Assembly (NCBI GenBank): GCA_004554395.1
Contig: SFMP01000064.1
Span: 1 to 49,179 of the forward strand
Length of the DNA stretch: 49,179 bases
Reading direction: 5' to 3'
Origin: Myxococcales bacterium
Lineage (GTDB): Bacteria; Myxococcota_A; Bradymonadia; UBA4248
The notes beneath the pieces were generated by a model. The model was not told the origin of the DNA, searched no databases, and saw only the letters and a program-made list of their open reading frames with translations. Below are positions 23,154 through 32,627 of this stretch, in pieces (positions within the stretch are counted from its first letter, which is position 1; each line of letters begins with the position of its first letter). Both the position numbers and the translations under genes were made by a program.

Positions 23154-23403
23154 CCCCTCCTAAAGCAAGTCATCACTCGCGCGACTCTGGCGCGAAACGG
23201 GTTTCTCCACCTCACCGTAGACACTATGCCATACCGATGCGGTGTGCGAATTTACGCCAAAATGCGCCGTTTCGTCAACCTAAAACTCTAAACACGGAAT
23301 CGTCGGCATCGTGCGCCAGTTTCGGGCTCTGCATCTACTGTATATGCATACGCATTTTTCGTTTTGGGTAGAAATAGGAACGATTGGATGGGCGGGGGGC
23401 GCC

Positions 23404-23616
23404 CTATTTCGCTATCGCTCAATACGGGCTCAGGCGCGCCCTATTTCGCTATCGCTCAATACGGGCTCAGGCGCGCCCTATTGCCTGCGGCAATACGGGC
23501 TTTTGCTACGGCTATTTCGCCCGTTGGGCTCAATACGCCTCCGCGGTCGCCCGGGGTTGCGCTTTGCTTACCCCGGGCTGTGTTCTGGCGCCCCTTCTGG
23601 GCGCTGGTGGTAGGGA
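23404..23616. repeat. REP-like composite array, an inverted copy of 20083-20217 with about 75 extra bp
   Basis: GGGGCGCCCTATTTCGCTATCGCTCAATACGGGCT twice, then GCCCTATTGCCTGCGGCAATACGGGC, GCCCGGGGT-N13-ACCCCGGGC and CTGGCGCCCC..GGGCGCTGG. The reverse complement of 20083-20217 aligns module by module. Confidence 0.9.
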
Positions 23617-23636
23617 CGATCGGAAACCCGACACCA

Positions 23637-24836
23637 CTAGTCGGGGAGTACGTAGAGTTCGACGGGGAGTGAGATGATTTTGCCTTCGCGTCGGATTTTG
23701 ACTTGGATCGTATCGCCGGGTTGGTGTGTATCGAGGGCGTTATAGAGCGTGTCGTAGTTCGTGACTTTTTTATCGTCAATGCCGACGATGACATCGCCGA
23801 TATAGGTGCCGCGATAGTTTTGTTCGACGCCGCGTAGCCCGGCGCGCGCGGCTGGGGAATTGTTGGCGACTTGGCGCACGATGACGCCTTGAATGCCGTT
23901 TCGGCGAGCAATGGCATCGGGCAAGATCGATATGCCGAGCCCGATTTGTTGGGCTTTTCCCGTTCGGATGATTTGTGGCACGACGCGTTTAATCGTCGAA
24001 AACGGCACGGCAAACCCGATCCCCGCCGAGGCGCCCGATTTCGAGAAGATCATCGTATTCATGCCGATGAGTTGACCGCTCGAGTCGAGCAGAGGACCGC
24101 CCGAGTTGCCGGGGTTAATCGAGGCATCGGTTTGGATCATGTCGCGAATCGTCACGCCGCCATAGCCGAGTTGATCGCGTCCCATGGCCGAAATAATGCC
24201 CGTCGTAATCGTGTGATCGAGCCCGAATGGGTTGCCGATGGCGATGGCTTTTTGCCCGACGGCGAGTTCGTATGTGTCGTCGGGTCGCGGAATGGGCGTC
24301 AATTCATCGGCTGGGGCATCGATCTTTAGTACGGCAATGTCTTTCTTGGGCTCGCCACCGACGAGCTTTGCCGGATAAGTCTTTTGATTGTAGAGTGTGA
24401 CCGTGAGGTGTGAGCTGCCGTCGATGACGTGGTAATTCGTGATGATATGGCCGTCGGTATCCCATATAAAGCCCGATCCAGAACCCGAGGGGACTTCGGT
24501 GGCGCGCATCGTATATCGATCGCGGACGATTTGATTTTGCGTGACGAAGACCGTTCCAGGACCCGCGTTGTCGAAGATGTCGACGGTATTTTGTTCGTCT
24601 TCTATTCGGAATCGTCGTTCTTTCTTCGTTCGATCGTCTTTTGCATACAATTTTATTGCATTGTCTTGGACGATTGGGGCGTCGTCGACTTCGGCTTTGT
24701 CTTTTGCCATGTCGATGGCGTCGACTTGGGTGTGGGGCATTTCTGATGGCGCTGCTGCGACTTGGTCTTTCTGACAACCCGCGCACGAAATGAAGGGCAT
24801 ACATGCCAATACGATGAGATATGTCAGGTGTTTCAT
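23637..24836 (-). CDS. HtrA/DegP-family (S1C) serine protease with one PDZ domain; lipoprotein-type signal
   Basis: Signal LACMPFISCAGC. Catalytic contexts are GHIITNYHVI (His), DIAVLKI (Asp) and TDASINPGNSGGPLLD (Ser). A C-terminal PDZ-like part includes GVIVRQV..NSPAARAGL. Confidence 0.92.
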   Translation of the reverse strand: MKHLTYLIVLACMPFISCAGCQKDQVAAAPSEMPHTQVDAIDMAKDKAEVDDAPIVQDNAIKLYAKDDRTKKERRFRIEDEQNTVDIFDNAGPGTVFVTQNQIVRDRYTMRATEVPSGSGSGFIWDTDGHIITNYHVIDGSSHLTVTLYNQKTYPAKLVGGEPKKDIAVLKIDAPADELTPIPRPDDTYELAVGQKAIAIGNPFGLDHTITTGIISAMGRDQLGYGGVTIRDMIQTDASINPGNSGGPLLDSSGQLIGMNTMIFSKSGASAGIGFAVPFSTIKRVVPQIIRTGKAQQIGLGISILPDAIARRNGIQGVIVRQVANNSPAARAGLRGVEQNYRGTYIGDVIVGIDDKKVTNYDTLYNALDTHQPGDTIQVKIRREGKIISLPVELYVLPD

Positions 24837-24937
24837 TTTACAGATCTCTTTTTTATTCGCTTAAAAAGCTGGTCTTTGTCTTTGCCCTCGTCATTGTTTT
24901 GCGCTCAATAGGGGGCGAGGAACGGAAGATGTGGCGT

Positions 24938-26800
24938 TTAGGGTTTACGCGTGGCGATGGTGAGAGGCGTTTGGGTGCTACAAGTCCATTGCGCCGTTGG
25001 CGGTGCCAAAACGTCGTTGACGCTTCGTATTTCGACGGTGTTTTCGCTCAGGGAGAGTAGCCATTTCCCCGTCGGGTCGAAGTCGACGACTTCGGTCCCC
25101 GTATCGGGCGTGGGCGAGCCTATGAGGGTGATGGGAGATCCCTTTTCGTCGACGAGTAGCGTGCCGCTTTGAATGGCTAGGGCGAAAATCGGTTTATTGG
25201 GGTGAGATGCGATTTTTCGCACGTCGAACTGCATGGGGAGCGTCGCGATTTCGGTGGCTTCGTTTGGCGCATTTTTGGCGGCTGCGAGGCTGACGAAAGT
25301 CGTTTTGTCGAGGCTCGCAAATGCCACCGTATTGTGGTCGTAGAGGAGCGCGAAGCGGACGGAATCGCTTGGGGCAGAGGTGAGAATGGCATTGGCGTTG
25401 TCGAAATTCCAGGGCGATAGGGCGATTTTATTCGTCGTCGTCAGCGACATGATATCGGTTGCCGAAGGCATGAGCGCGAGGGGGAGTGTATTGGAGATGT
25501 TTTCGAAGATGTAGTAACCCTTTTGCGGCTGTGCTGCGTCGAGTTCATATCGCTGAGAGATGCCTAGAATACGCAGTTGCGACGTATCGTCGATAAATTT
25601 TGCATCGACGAAGAGATCGTCTTCGCCCGCAATCGCTTTGTGCGTCTTCCCCGTCTGCGTATCGAGTACCCATAGCTCGCTTTTGACTTGTTTTTGCGGC
25701 CCGAAATCGACGTTGACAAAGGCGATATAACGCGCCGATGCGTCGATGGCCGCCGAACGGACTTTTCGCAACAAGACGGGGTATTGTTCGCGCTTTGCGA
25801 CGTCGCTCTTTTCGAGCTTATCGAGAGCGCAAGCGGCAACGGCTTTATAGGGGAGCCGTTCTTCGCCCTTGATATAGCGTTTGAGGTAGAATTTGGCTTC
25901 GTCGTATCGTTGTGTGGCGAGCTGTATAAAGGCATTTTGATAATCGTCTTCGGGTTTTGGGACGAAGAAAGACGTTTTAATAAATGTGATGCCTGGATCG
26001 CGTTTGACGCCGAGCATGAATTGATCGAGAGCATCGTGCCATTGACCATTGCGCGCAAGTGCCGATGCCAAGCCATAGAGGGCGTGTTCGCTTTTGGGAT
26101 TGTCGGTCGTGACTTTTCGATAGGCATCGATAGAGCTTTGCAAGTCGCCCATCGTCATATAGAGTTCGGCCAAATTCCCTTCGATCATTTGGTCGAATGG
26201 CTCGTGTTTTGGGCATGTGAGCATGAGCGATTTGGCGTCTTCGTAGCGCAACATTTTCGTCAAGACGGTCGATTTGGCGAGGCAGATTTTGCTCTTCATC
26301 TCTGGGGTGAGGTCGCGTTTTTCGAGTTGTTCGTAGAGTGCCAATTCTTCGTCGTTTAGGTCGTTTTCTGCAAAGAGGCTACCGCAAGCGAGCGCGATTT
26401 GGATGGCATGGGTATCGTCGATGATGGGAGTGAGATCGGCGATGATTTCGCGGCATAGGACGACGGCGGTTCCCTTTTGCCCTGCTCCGTATGCTTTAGT
26501 GACGTCGTCTAGTCGGTTGACAATGTCTGTTAAGAGCTCTTCGCGGCTCAGAGCATTTTTCTTCGACGATTTTTTTACATCGCCAGATTTGCTCTGCTTT
26601 TTATCGGCTTTCTTGGGCTTTTTATCGGCTTTTTTTTCTTTCTTTTCGTCTTTTTGCTTTCCCGTATGCGATGGATCGTTTTGGGCGTACAATGGGGCAA
26701 TGGGCGATAGATCGCCGGTAGGCGTGGTGCTTTGGGCGTGAGCGAGGCTCGGGGCGCAAAGCGCGATAAAAAGCGTCATCCATGTGCGTATAGATATCAT
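24938..26800 (-). CDS. Secreted TPR-repeat protein with a Lys-rich linker and a probable beta-rich C-terminal half
   Basis: Signal peptide MISIRTWMTLFIALCAPSLAHA. KKEKKADKKPKKADKK tract. TPR-like helices such as ...ALYGLASALARNGQWHDALDQFMLGVKRDP... Confidence 0.75.
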   Translation of the reverse strand: MISIRTWMTLFIALCAPSLAHAQSTTPTGDLSPIAPLYAQNDPSHTGKQKDEKKEKKADKKPKKADKKQSKSGDVKKSSKKNALSREELLTDIVNRLDDVTKAYGAGQKGTAVVLCREIIADLTPIIDDTHAIQIALACGSLFAENDLNDEELALYEQLEKRDLTPEMKSKICLAKSTVLTKMLRYEDAKSLMLTCPKHEPFDQMIEGNLAELYMTMGDLQSSIDAYRKVTTDNPKSEHALYGLASALARNGQWHDALDQFMLGVKRDPGITFIKTSFFVPKPEDDYQNAFIQLATQRYDEAKFYLKRYIKGEERLPYKAVAACALDKLEKSDVAKREQYPVLLRKVRSAAIDASARYIAFVNVDFGPQKQVKSELWVLDTQTGKTHKAIAGEDDLFVDAKFIDDTSQLRILGISQRYELDAAQPQKGYYIFENISNTLPLALMPSATDIMSLTTTNKIALSPWNFDNANAILTSAPSDSVRFALLYDHNTVAFASLDKTTFVSLAAAKNAPNEATEIATLPMQFDVRKIASHPNKPIFALAIQSGTLLVDEKGSPITLIGSPTPDTGTEVVDFDPTGKWLLSLSENTVEIRSVNDVLAPPTAQWTCSTQTPLTIATRKP

Positions 26801-26951
26801 TCGACCTCCTGAGCGGTAACGTCTAACCGCTGTATATGGTAACGCAAAAGAAGCGAAAATCAGTCCTATTTTTTGGAATAGCTTTGCGGCGTCGACATGG
26901 CGCGTGCAGGGCTATGAATCGATCGATGATGATGGCAGAAGGGGTAGAAAA

Positions 26952-27524
26952 ATGAAACGCGCGTTAGTCGTTTTACATCGAGGATTTGAAGAGATCGAAG
27001 CCGTGACGGTTATCGACGTATTGCGTCGAGCGGGTATCGATGTGATCGTTTGTTCGACGTCGCCGTGCGCGAGTGTGGTGGGATCGCATGGTTTGGAACT
27101 GTGCGTTTCGCAGTCGTTGGGCGATGAATCGGTGATGGGGAACGGGGAATTCGATGCGATCGCGTTGCCCGGCGGGATGAAGGGCGTCGAGGGGCTATTG
27201 GCGTGCGATGAGCTCAGAGAATTGATTTGTGCTCAATCAGCGCGAGGCGGCATTTTGGCGGCGGTTTGCGCTGCTCCGCTCGTTTTGGCGCGAGCAGGTG
27301 TTTTAGAAGGGCGCGATGTGACGTGTCACCCGTGTGTGCGCGATCGGATGGGGCGCGAAGTCGTCGAGGCGCCCTTCGTCGTCGATGGTACGATCGTGAC
27401 CGGGCGGTCGGCGGGTTGCTCGTTGCCGTGGGCATTGGCATTAGTTGGCGCCCTTTTGGGTGCGATTCCTCAATCGCTCCTCGATGGCTTGTGTAGCCCG
27501 ACGATCGAAGAAATGCGCCAATAG
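26952..27524 (+). CDS. DJ-1/PfpI (ThiJ/YajL-like) family protein
   Basis: MKRALVVLHRGFEEIEAVTVIDVLRRAG..., DAIALPGG, and nucleophile-elbow AAVCAAPLVLA. Start trimmed to ATG 26952. Confidence 0.88.
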   Translation: MKRALVVLHRGFEEIEAVTVIDVLRRAGIDVIVCSTSPCASVVGSHGLELCVSQSLGDESVMGNGEFDAIALPGGMKGVEGLLACDELRELICAQSARGGILAAVCAAPLVLARAGVLEGRDVTCHPCVRDRMGREVVEAPFVVDGTIVTGRSAGCSLPWALALVGALLGAIPQSLLDGLCSPTIEEMRQ

Positions 27525-27528
27525 CGGT

Positions 27529-28329
27529 TTATGTCCAATCGTCGCATTCGCTCCACGAACGGACGAGCGTGAGCCCCGAAGCGGGAGCGGTTTCGCCCGC
27601 CGCCGTGCGGTTTTTGGCGTCGCGAATGGCAATCATTTCGGCGGCAGGGCGTCCGAGCCCGAATTCGATAAGGGTTCCGACGATGATGCGCACCATTTGT
27701 TTGAGAAACGCCGTCCCGAAGACGTCGATTTCGATGAGCGATTCGTCGCCTTGGTGCGCATCATCGATGGGGAATGGGGCATATACGAAAGCATCGCTTC
27801 GTCGCGTGATGTCGATTTGAGTTATCGTTCGGATGGGGGATTTGGCTTGGCAATCGATAGCTCGGAACGACGAAAAATCGTGCGTACCGATGAGGTATTG
27901 AGCCGCCAATCGCATGTTGTCGATGTCGAGTTTTCGGGTTCGAGCGACGCGATTGAGCAAGTGCGGTGGCACGAAGAGCCCTTCGTAGAGCGTGTATCGG
28001 TAGTGTTTTCCGCGGCTGGCGAATCGGGGCTCGAAGGCGGTTGGTGCGACGAGGGCGCGTCGGATGAATATTTCTGGGGGCGTCGTCGCGTTGAGCGCTT
28101 GGACCCAGCGATCGGGGGGATAATTTCGATCGGTTTCGAAGGCGGCAATTTGGTATTGTGCATGGACGCCGGCATCGGTACGGCTGGCACCGCGCACCGT
28201 GGTGGGGGCGTTATTAATCTTAGAAATCGCAGCCTCGAGGCAGCCTTGAATGGTGCGGGCGCCAGCTTGTCGTTGCCAGCCCGAAAACGGCGTGCCGTCG
28301 TAGGCGACGATGAGAACTATCGTTTGCAT
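27529..28329 (-). CDS. truA: tRNA pseudouridine(38-40) synthase TruA
   Basis: VAYDGTPFSGWQRQ and GASRTDAGVHA (catalytic Asp context), 266 aa. Confidence 0.95.
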   Translation of the reverse strand: MQTIVLIVAYDGTPFSGWQRQAGARTIQGCLEAAISKINNAPTTVRGASRTDAGVHAQYQIAAFETDRNYPPDRWVQALNATTPPEIFIRRALVAPTAFEPRFASRGKHYRYTLYEGLFVPPHLLNRVARTRKLDIDNMRLAAQYLIGTHDFSSFRAIDCQAKSPIRTITQIDITRRSDAFVYAPFPIDDAHQGDESLIEIDVFGTAFLKQMVRIIVGTLIEFGLGRPAAEMIAIRDAKNRTAAGETAPASGLTLVRSWSECDDWT

Positions 28330-28335
28330 AGGCGG

Positions 28336-31275
28336 TTAAAAATCGATCGTCGTCATGGGGATGAGTGCTTCAGATTGAGCCGTGGCAATCTTGACCGATA
28401 AGACGTCGTGACGTGGCATCATGGGGAATGAAAAATCGATCTTGCGAGCGACGATATCGGACGGCGCGAGCTCGGTGACGTCGTAATGATTGGGCAAGAG
28501 CGGGACTTCGAATCCGATTTTGCGATTGACGATTTCGAAGCTAAATTTGAGTTGATTTTGTGCATTGATCTTTTGTGTGACGCGATAGAACACGGTCATC
28601 GTGAGGATTTTTTGAGATTCGAAATCGAGTTTGTCGATTTTAAATCCTTCGAGTGTGATTTCATCGTCGAGGGGAATTTGCATTTTCGTCGCTTCTTTTG
28701 GAAGTTCGTTGATGAAAATGCTGTCCATTGGGTTAGACGATGTAGATTCTGCGGTTTCTCCGATGAGATAGAGTCGCGACGAAGGGGCATCGATGAGGGG
28801 TAGGTTTTTGCGTGCACCTTGGGCAAACATGTGTCGATAGGTGATGTTGATGTCGAAGAGGGCGTCTTTTGGGATGATATAGAACGCGGCTTCGGCTGGG
28901 GATTTTGGATCGAGGGCTTGTAGCATGTTTTGTCGCGAAATCGGTTTGGCGACGTCGAGAGAATAGGACGAGAAAGTCGAGATACGGCAACGGTTGCTTT
29001 CGCAGACGTAGCCTGGGTCGCAGTCTCGATACGATACGCAGAGTTGATGGTTTTCGCCCGAGAGCAGATAAACGGGTTCGGATTGGTTTGCCAATTCGAA
29101 GTATCGCTGGATGAGGGCTTCTTCGGTGAGGTTCTCGGTCACGGAGGGGAGATAGGTGTGATAGATATAGGTCGAAGAGATGACGGCGATGAGGGTGAGC
29201 GTTATCGCAGCGGCATAGGGCATGGGAGTCGTTTCTTCGCGCGACACGCGTATGAGTGTCGAGCTCGAACTCGAACTCGAACTCGTTCTCACCTCGTGTT
29301 TTGGCCGTTTGAACTGTTCGCGTAGCGCCGTGAGCCTGTTTTGAATCGTCTCGGCAATGCCCGAAAAGGCCAGCGGCGTGAGGCAGGCAAATATGATGGC
29401 ATAGACGATGAACTCCGATGGGAGAGAAAACTTTTGCCCCCAATGCATGAGCGGATCGGTGAGCAAATATCGCACGATTCGATAGGGTTCGTCGTTGAGC
29501 GAATACATGGCGAAGAAGAGCGTTGCCCAAGCGAAGACGATGAGGAAAATGCGAGCTTCGAGGCTATTGCGCACGGTACGCCAGAACGTTTGGGCGCTGA
29601 TGGCAATGCCAAAGAGAATTGCCGTCGGGACAATGCCTGCGAAAAAGACGCGATTGCATTGGTTGACGCCGACGAATAGGGCGATGAGATCGGCGATAAT
29701 CCAGCAGAAGAGCAGTTTTTGAAGCGCAGAATGCGCATCGTTAGCCTCTTTTTTATCTTGGGCAAATTCGCCGATAAATGGCGCATTCGAGATGGCGAGT
29801 TTTTTGTGCGAGACGAAGAGGCAAGCGAGGGCAATGGGGAAGAAACAAGCCCATGGCATGAGTCCATAGAGCAAGATATCGATCCACGAAAACCATCGGA
29901 TATTTTGCGTCGAAGCGGTGGGCTCGACGGTCGAACGCATGACGTATCCGCGTTGATAGGCGCCATTTTGGACTTCGATCCACGGCGAAATCTTGTCGTC
30001 GTTTAGGACGCGCAGTAGCGTACCTTTATCGGTGCGAAAGACAGGGGTTGGGATAATGCCCGATTGCAAGACGGCGTTGTCGTTGTAAGTATTGGCAGAG
30101 ATTGCCGAATTTGCGTCGGCAAAAGCTTTCGACGGCTCGGTCGCTCGCACGAGCGGTAGCACGTTTTTCTTGTACGAGCTGTTGGTGTGGTACCAGAAGA
30201 AGCGCAGGGCATTTTCGAAGCTCCCCTCGAGGTCGGGGATTTGTTTTTCGGCGCGGATGGGGGTTTGTTTTTGGAATCGCCACATCAAATCGTTGACAAA
30301 TGTCTTTCGATCGGATTCGCTTTGCGCGAATATTTCGTTGGCATTTGTATTGAGATTTGAATGCGATTCGACGAGGATGAATGGTCGTTGTTCGGGGGAA
30401 TCGGGGGTTGCGCTCGAACTTTTGACGGTTCCGATGATTTGTTGATTGCGTCGTTCGATCGAGATGACGTTGTCGTTATCGAGCGCGTTGTTGACCTCGG
30501 CTAGGGTCATGGGTGTGCGCCGTTCGATGGCGTAGCGCGATTGCGTGACAATAGTTCCGAAGATGCAACCGATGGCGACGAATGCCAAAAAGATGCTGAC
30601 GATGAAGTAGCGACAGCTCAGAGGCTTGAGAAATGCTTGCTTTTGGGGGTGCCGGCGCATGACGAATAAAAACAGCGCACCGCTGAGGGCTAGGATGGCT
30701 AGGGCAAATAGGCCGCCGGCCAGGAAGGATAAAATGCAAGATACGCCCGTAAAAACGAGCATTGTTCGGTGCATTCGCCGAGTTGTTGCATAAGAAGCGA
30801 GCAAATAGAAGAGTTGTGGCGTCGAAACGGCGACGATGAGCCAAATATCGCCGTGGATGAGTTTTCCGCTCAAGACGAACATGGGCATTGTGAGGAGAGC
30901 GATGACGGTCATCCATGCGGCGCGTCGCGTCGAAACTTGCCTGACGGCAAAAAAGCTAAGGCAAACGATGAAAATGCCCGCCAGGGCACCTGGCAAGCGA
31001 ATCCAAAAGGGATCGATTTCGCTAAAGATGTGCGACGAGAGCGATAAAAACCAGAGCTGTAGCAGGGGCTGAGCGACGAAAACGTTGTCGACTTGAGGGA
31101 TCCAAAACGACGATTCGAGGATGCTCGATTGCGCCATGCGCTGAGCCGCCAGGAGCGTAGACGTCTCCCATGGCTCCCAAAAGTTCATGCCATTGTGGGA
31201 AACGGTGAGTATAAAAACGAAGGCCGAAATGCCTAGCACGAGCACGGTATCGACGATAGAACGTCGGGTAATCAT
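28336..31275 (-). CDS. Large polytopic membrane protein; N-terminal region ArnT/PMT-like (GT39/GT83-type glycosyltransferase), plus a large extracytoplasmic C-terminal part
   Basis: 979 aa with many TM segments. The N-terminal layout (short loop with WEPWE.., FWIRLPGALAGIFIV..) is typical of GT-C enzymes. Its stop is 7 nt upstream of the truA start. Confidence 0.6.
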   Translation of the reverse strand: MITRRSIVDTVLVLGISAFVFILTVSHNGMNFWEPWETSTLLAAQRMAQSSILESSFWIPQVDNVFVAQPLLQLWFLSLSSHIFSEIDPFWIRLPGALAGIFIVCLSFFAVRQVSTRRAAWMTVIALLTMPMFVLSGKLIHGDIWLIVAVSTPQLFYLLASYATTRRMHRTMLVFTGVSCILSFLAGGLFALAILALSGALFLFVMRRHPQKQAFLKPLSCRYFIVSIFLAFVAIGCIFGTIVTQSRYAIERRTPMTLAEVNNALDNDNVISIERRNQQIIGTVKSSSATPDSPEQRPFILVESHSNLNTNANEIFAQSESDRKTFVNDLMWRFQKQTPIRAEKQIPDLEGSFENALRFFWYHTNSSYKKNVLPLVRATEPSKAFADANSAISANTYNDNAVLQSGIIPTPVFRTDKGTLLRVLNDDKISPWIEVQNGAYQRGYVMRSTVEPTASTQNIRWFSWIDILLYGLMPWACFFPIALACLFVSHKKLAISNAPFIGEFAQDKKEANDAHSALQKLLFCWIIADLIALFVGVNQCNRVFFAGIVPTAILFGIAISAQTFWRTVRNSLEARIFLIVFAWATLFFAMYSLNDEPYRIVRYLLTDPLMHWGQKFSLPSEFIVYAIIFACLTPLAFSGIAETIQNRLTALREQFKRPKHEVRTSSSSSSSSTLIRVSREETTPMPYAAAITLTLIAVISSTYIYHTYLPSVTENLTEEALIQRYFELANQSEPVYLLSGENHQLCVSYRDCDPGYVCESNRCRISTFSSYSLDVAKPISRQNMLQALDPKSPAEAAFYIIPKDALFDINITYRHMFAQGARKNLPLIDAPSSRLYLIGETAESTSSNPMDSIFINELPKEATKMQIPLDDEITLEGFKIDKLDFESQKILTMTVFYRVTQKINAQNQLKFSFEIVNRKIGFEVPLLPNHYDVTELAPSDIVARKIDFSFPMMPRHDVLSVKIATAQSEALIPMTTIDF

Positions 31276-31376
31276 GACAATCTCCGTCGCAAAAGACTTT
31301 GAGCAGTTGCACGCAAGAAATGGCGCGCCTTAGGTGCTAGGATTACCACATCGAGCAAGGCATTTCTTAGAAAAAG

Positions 31377-32513
31377 TTATTGGGCGTTCTCTGTTTTTGT
31401 GCCGGTGGGAGCTTTTTTTGCGTCTGCATTGGGATTGCCGACGCGGGTCGGGCGTTTAGCGGGCTTTGGATTGGCGGCGTGATTGGCGTTGTCTTGAGCT
31501 TTTGGGGCTTCGGTGTCGGTGGTTGGCGTGGCTTTGGTCGGGGGTTGCCCCGGCATGCTTTTGACGAGTTGGGTGACGAGGGCGATGAGTTGATCGAAAG
31601 TCGCCTGGTCGTAGTTAATCGTCATCGTGACTTCGGATTTTGAAGCGTTGAAAGCAATACCCGAGAGGAACGATTCGACGCCGAGCGCTTGGACATCGGG
31701 GTCTTTTTTTCCGTTTGCCAAGAGAACCGAGACGGCTTTAGCCGTTTGGGCAGCCGATTTATCGTCGTTCATGACGAAGATGGCCGACGATTTGAGACCT
31801 TTGGAGAAGTCGAGGGAGAGCAGACCGGATTGGAGGTCGCCGAGTCGGATGATGCCTTCGTTTGTGGCGGTCATATCGACGATGGGATCGCCGCGCCCAA
31901 TCGATTCACGTTGCGTTTTGTTGAGTGCGAAGACGAGCCATGCATCGCCCGACTTATTGGCGCGTTTGAGCAGTGTTTGTAGCGTCGGATTGGTGATGCC
32001 GCCCGTATAGCCCGCTTTATAGGCTTCGAGGATCGATTTGACCTTGAGCTCGCTGCCCAAGACGAGGACAGAACCCAAGATTGCGATGCATTCGTTTTCG
32101 CGCTTTGTTGCAAAGTATTCTAAGTCTTGGTGATTGCGTTTGTCGATCGTGTTTTCGAACGAGGCGAAGATGGCTTTGTATTGCGACAAATCTTGTGTCG
32201 TTTCCCACAAGATGATGTGTTCGGATTTGTCGACATCGCCAGGGATGCCGACGACGATTCGCGACAAGACTTCTTCGAAGACGATGCCCGACGAACGAAT
32301 GATCGAAAACGCCTGCTTGACGTTTTTATCGGTGACGAAGAAATCCATGAGATACGTGTAAATTCTGCGTTGCGCGAGTTTTGGCATGTCGATCGCGCCG
32401 ACGCCGACGTAATCGTCTTTGAGCCATTGGGCAGAATCGACGGGCTCGGCGATTGCTGGCGCACCGAATAGCCACGCCGCCATTAAACTACAGAATAGAA
32501 ACCCTTTTCTCAT
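31377..32513 (-). CDS. Hypothetical secreted protein with an Ala/Pro/Lys-rich C-terminus
   Basis: Signal peptide MRKGFLFCSLMAAWLFGAPAIA. 378 aa, no family recognised. Confidence 0.7.
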   Translation of the reverse strand: MRKGFLFCSLMAAWLFGAPAIAEPVDSAQWLKDDYVGVGAIDMPKLAQRRIYTYLMDFFVTDKNVKQAFSIIRSSGIVFEEVLSRIVVGIPGDVDKSEHIILWETTQDLSQYKAIFASFENTIDKRNHQDLEYFATKRENECIAILGSVLVLGSELKVKSILEAYKAGYTGGITNPTLQTLLKRANKSGDAWLVFALNKTQRESIGRGDPIVDMTATNEGIIRLGDLQSGLLSLDFSKGLKSSAIFVMNDDKSAAQTAKAVSVLLANGKKDPDVQALGVESFLSGIAFNASKSEVTMTINYDQATFDQLIALVTQLVKSMPGQPPTKATPTTDTEAPKAQDNANHAANPKPAKRPTRVGNPNADAKKAPTGTKTENAQ

Positions 32514-32627
32514 ATAGTTCCTCGCTATGCTCTTGAATGAATCCGATATAGAATCGCGTAGAGTCGTGTTTGCTAGATGACTTTATCATTTTGACGTTTT
32601 GTCGTATCGCAGTGCAACCAAATTGGT

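Noticed and set aside
22209-23291. 360-aa plus-strand ORF antisense to paralogue B; likewise 27445-28401 antisense to truA, 40733-41524 antisense to the kinase, and 15357-16244 and 20470-21327 off-frame on the same strand within typA and paralogue A
   Set aside because: Their composition is that of shadow frames (Asp/Val/Gly/Arg or Ser/Pro/Thr runs) and they have no RBS. The accepted frames carry unmistakable family motifs or paralogue support.
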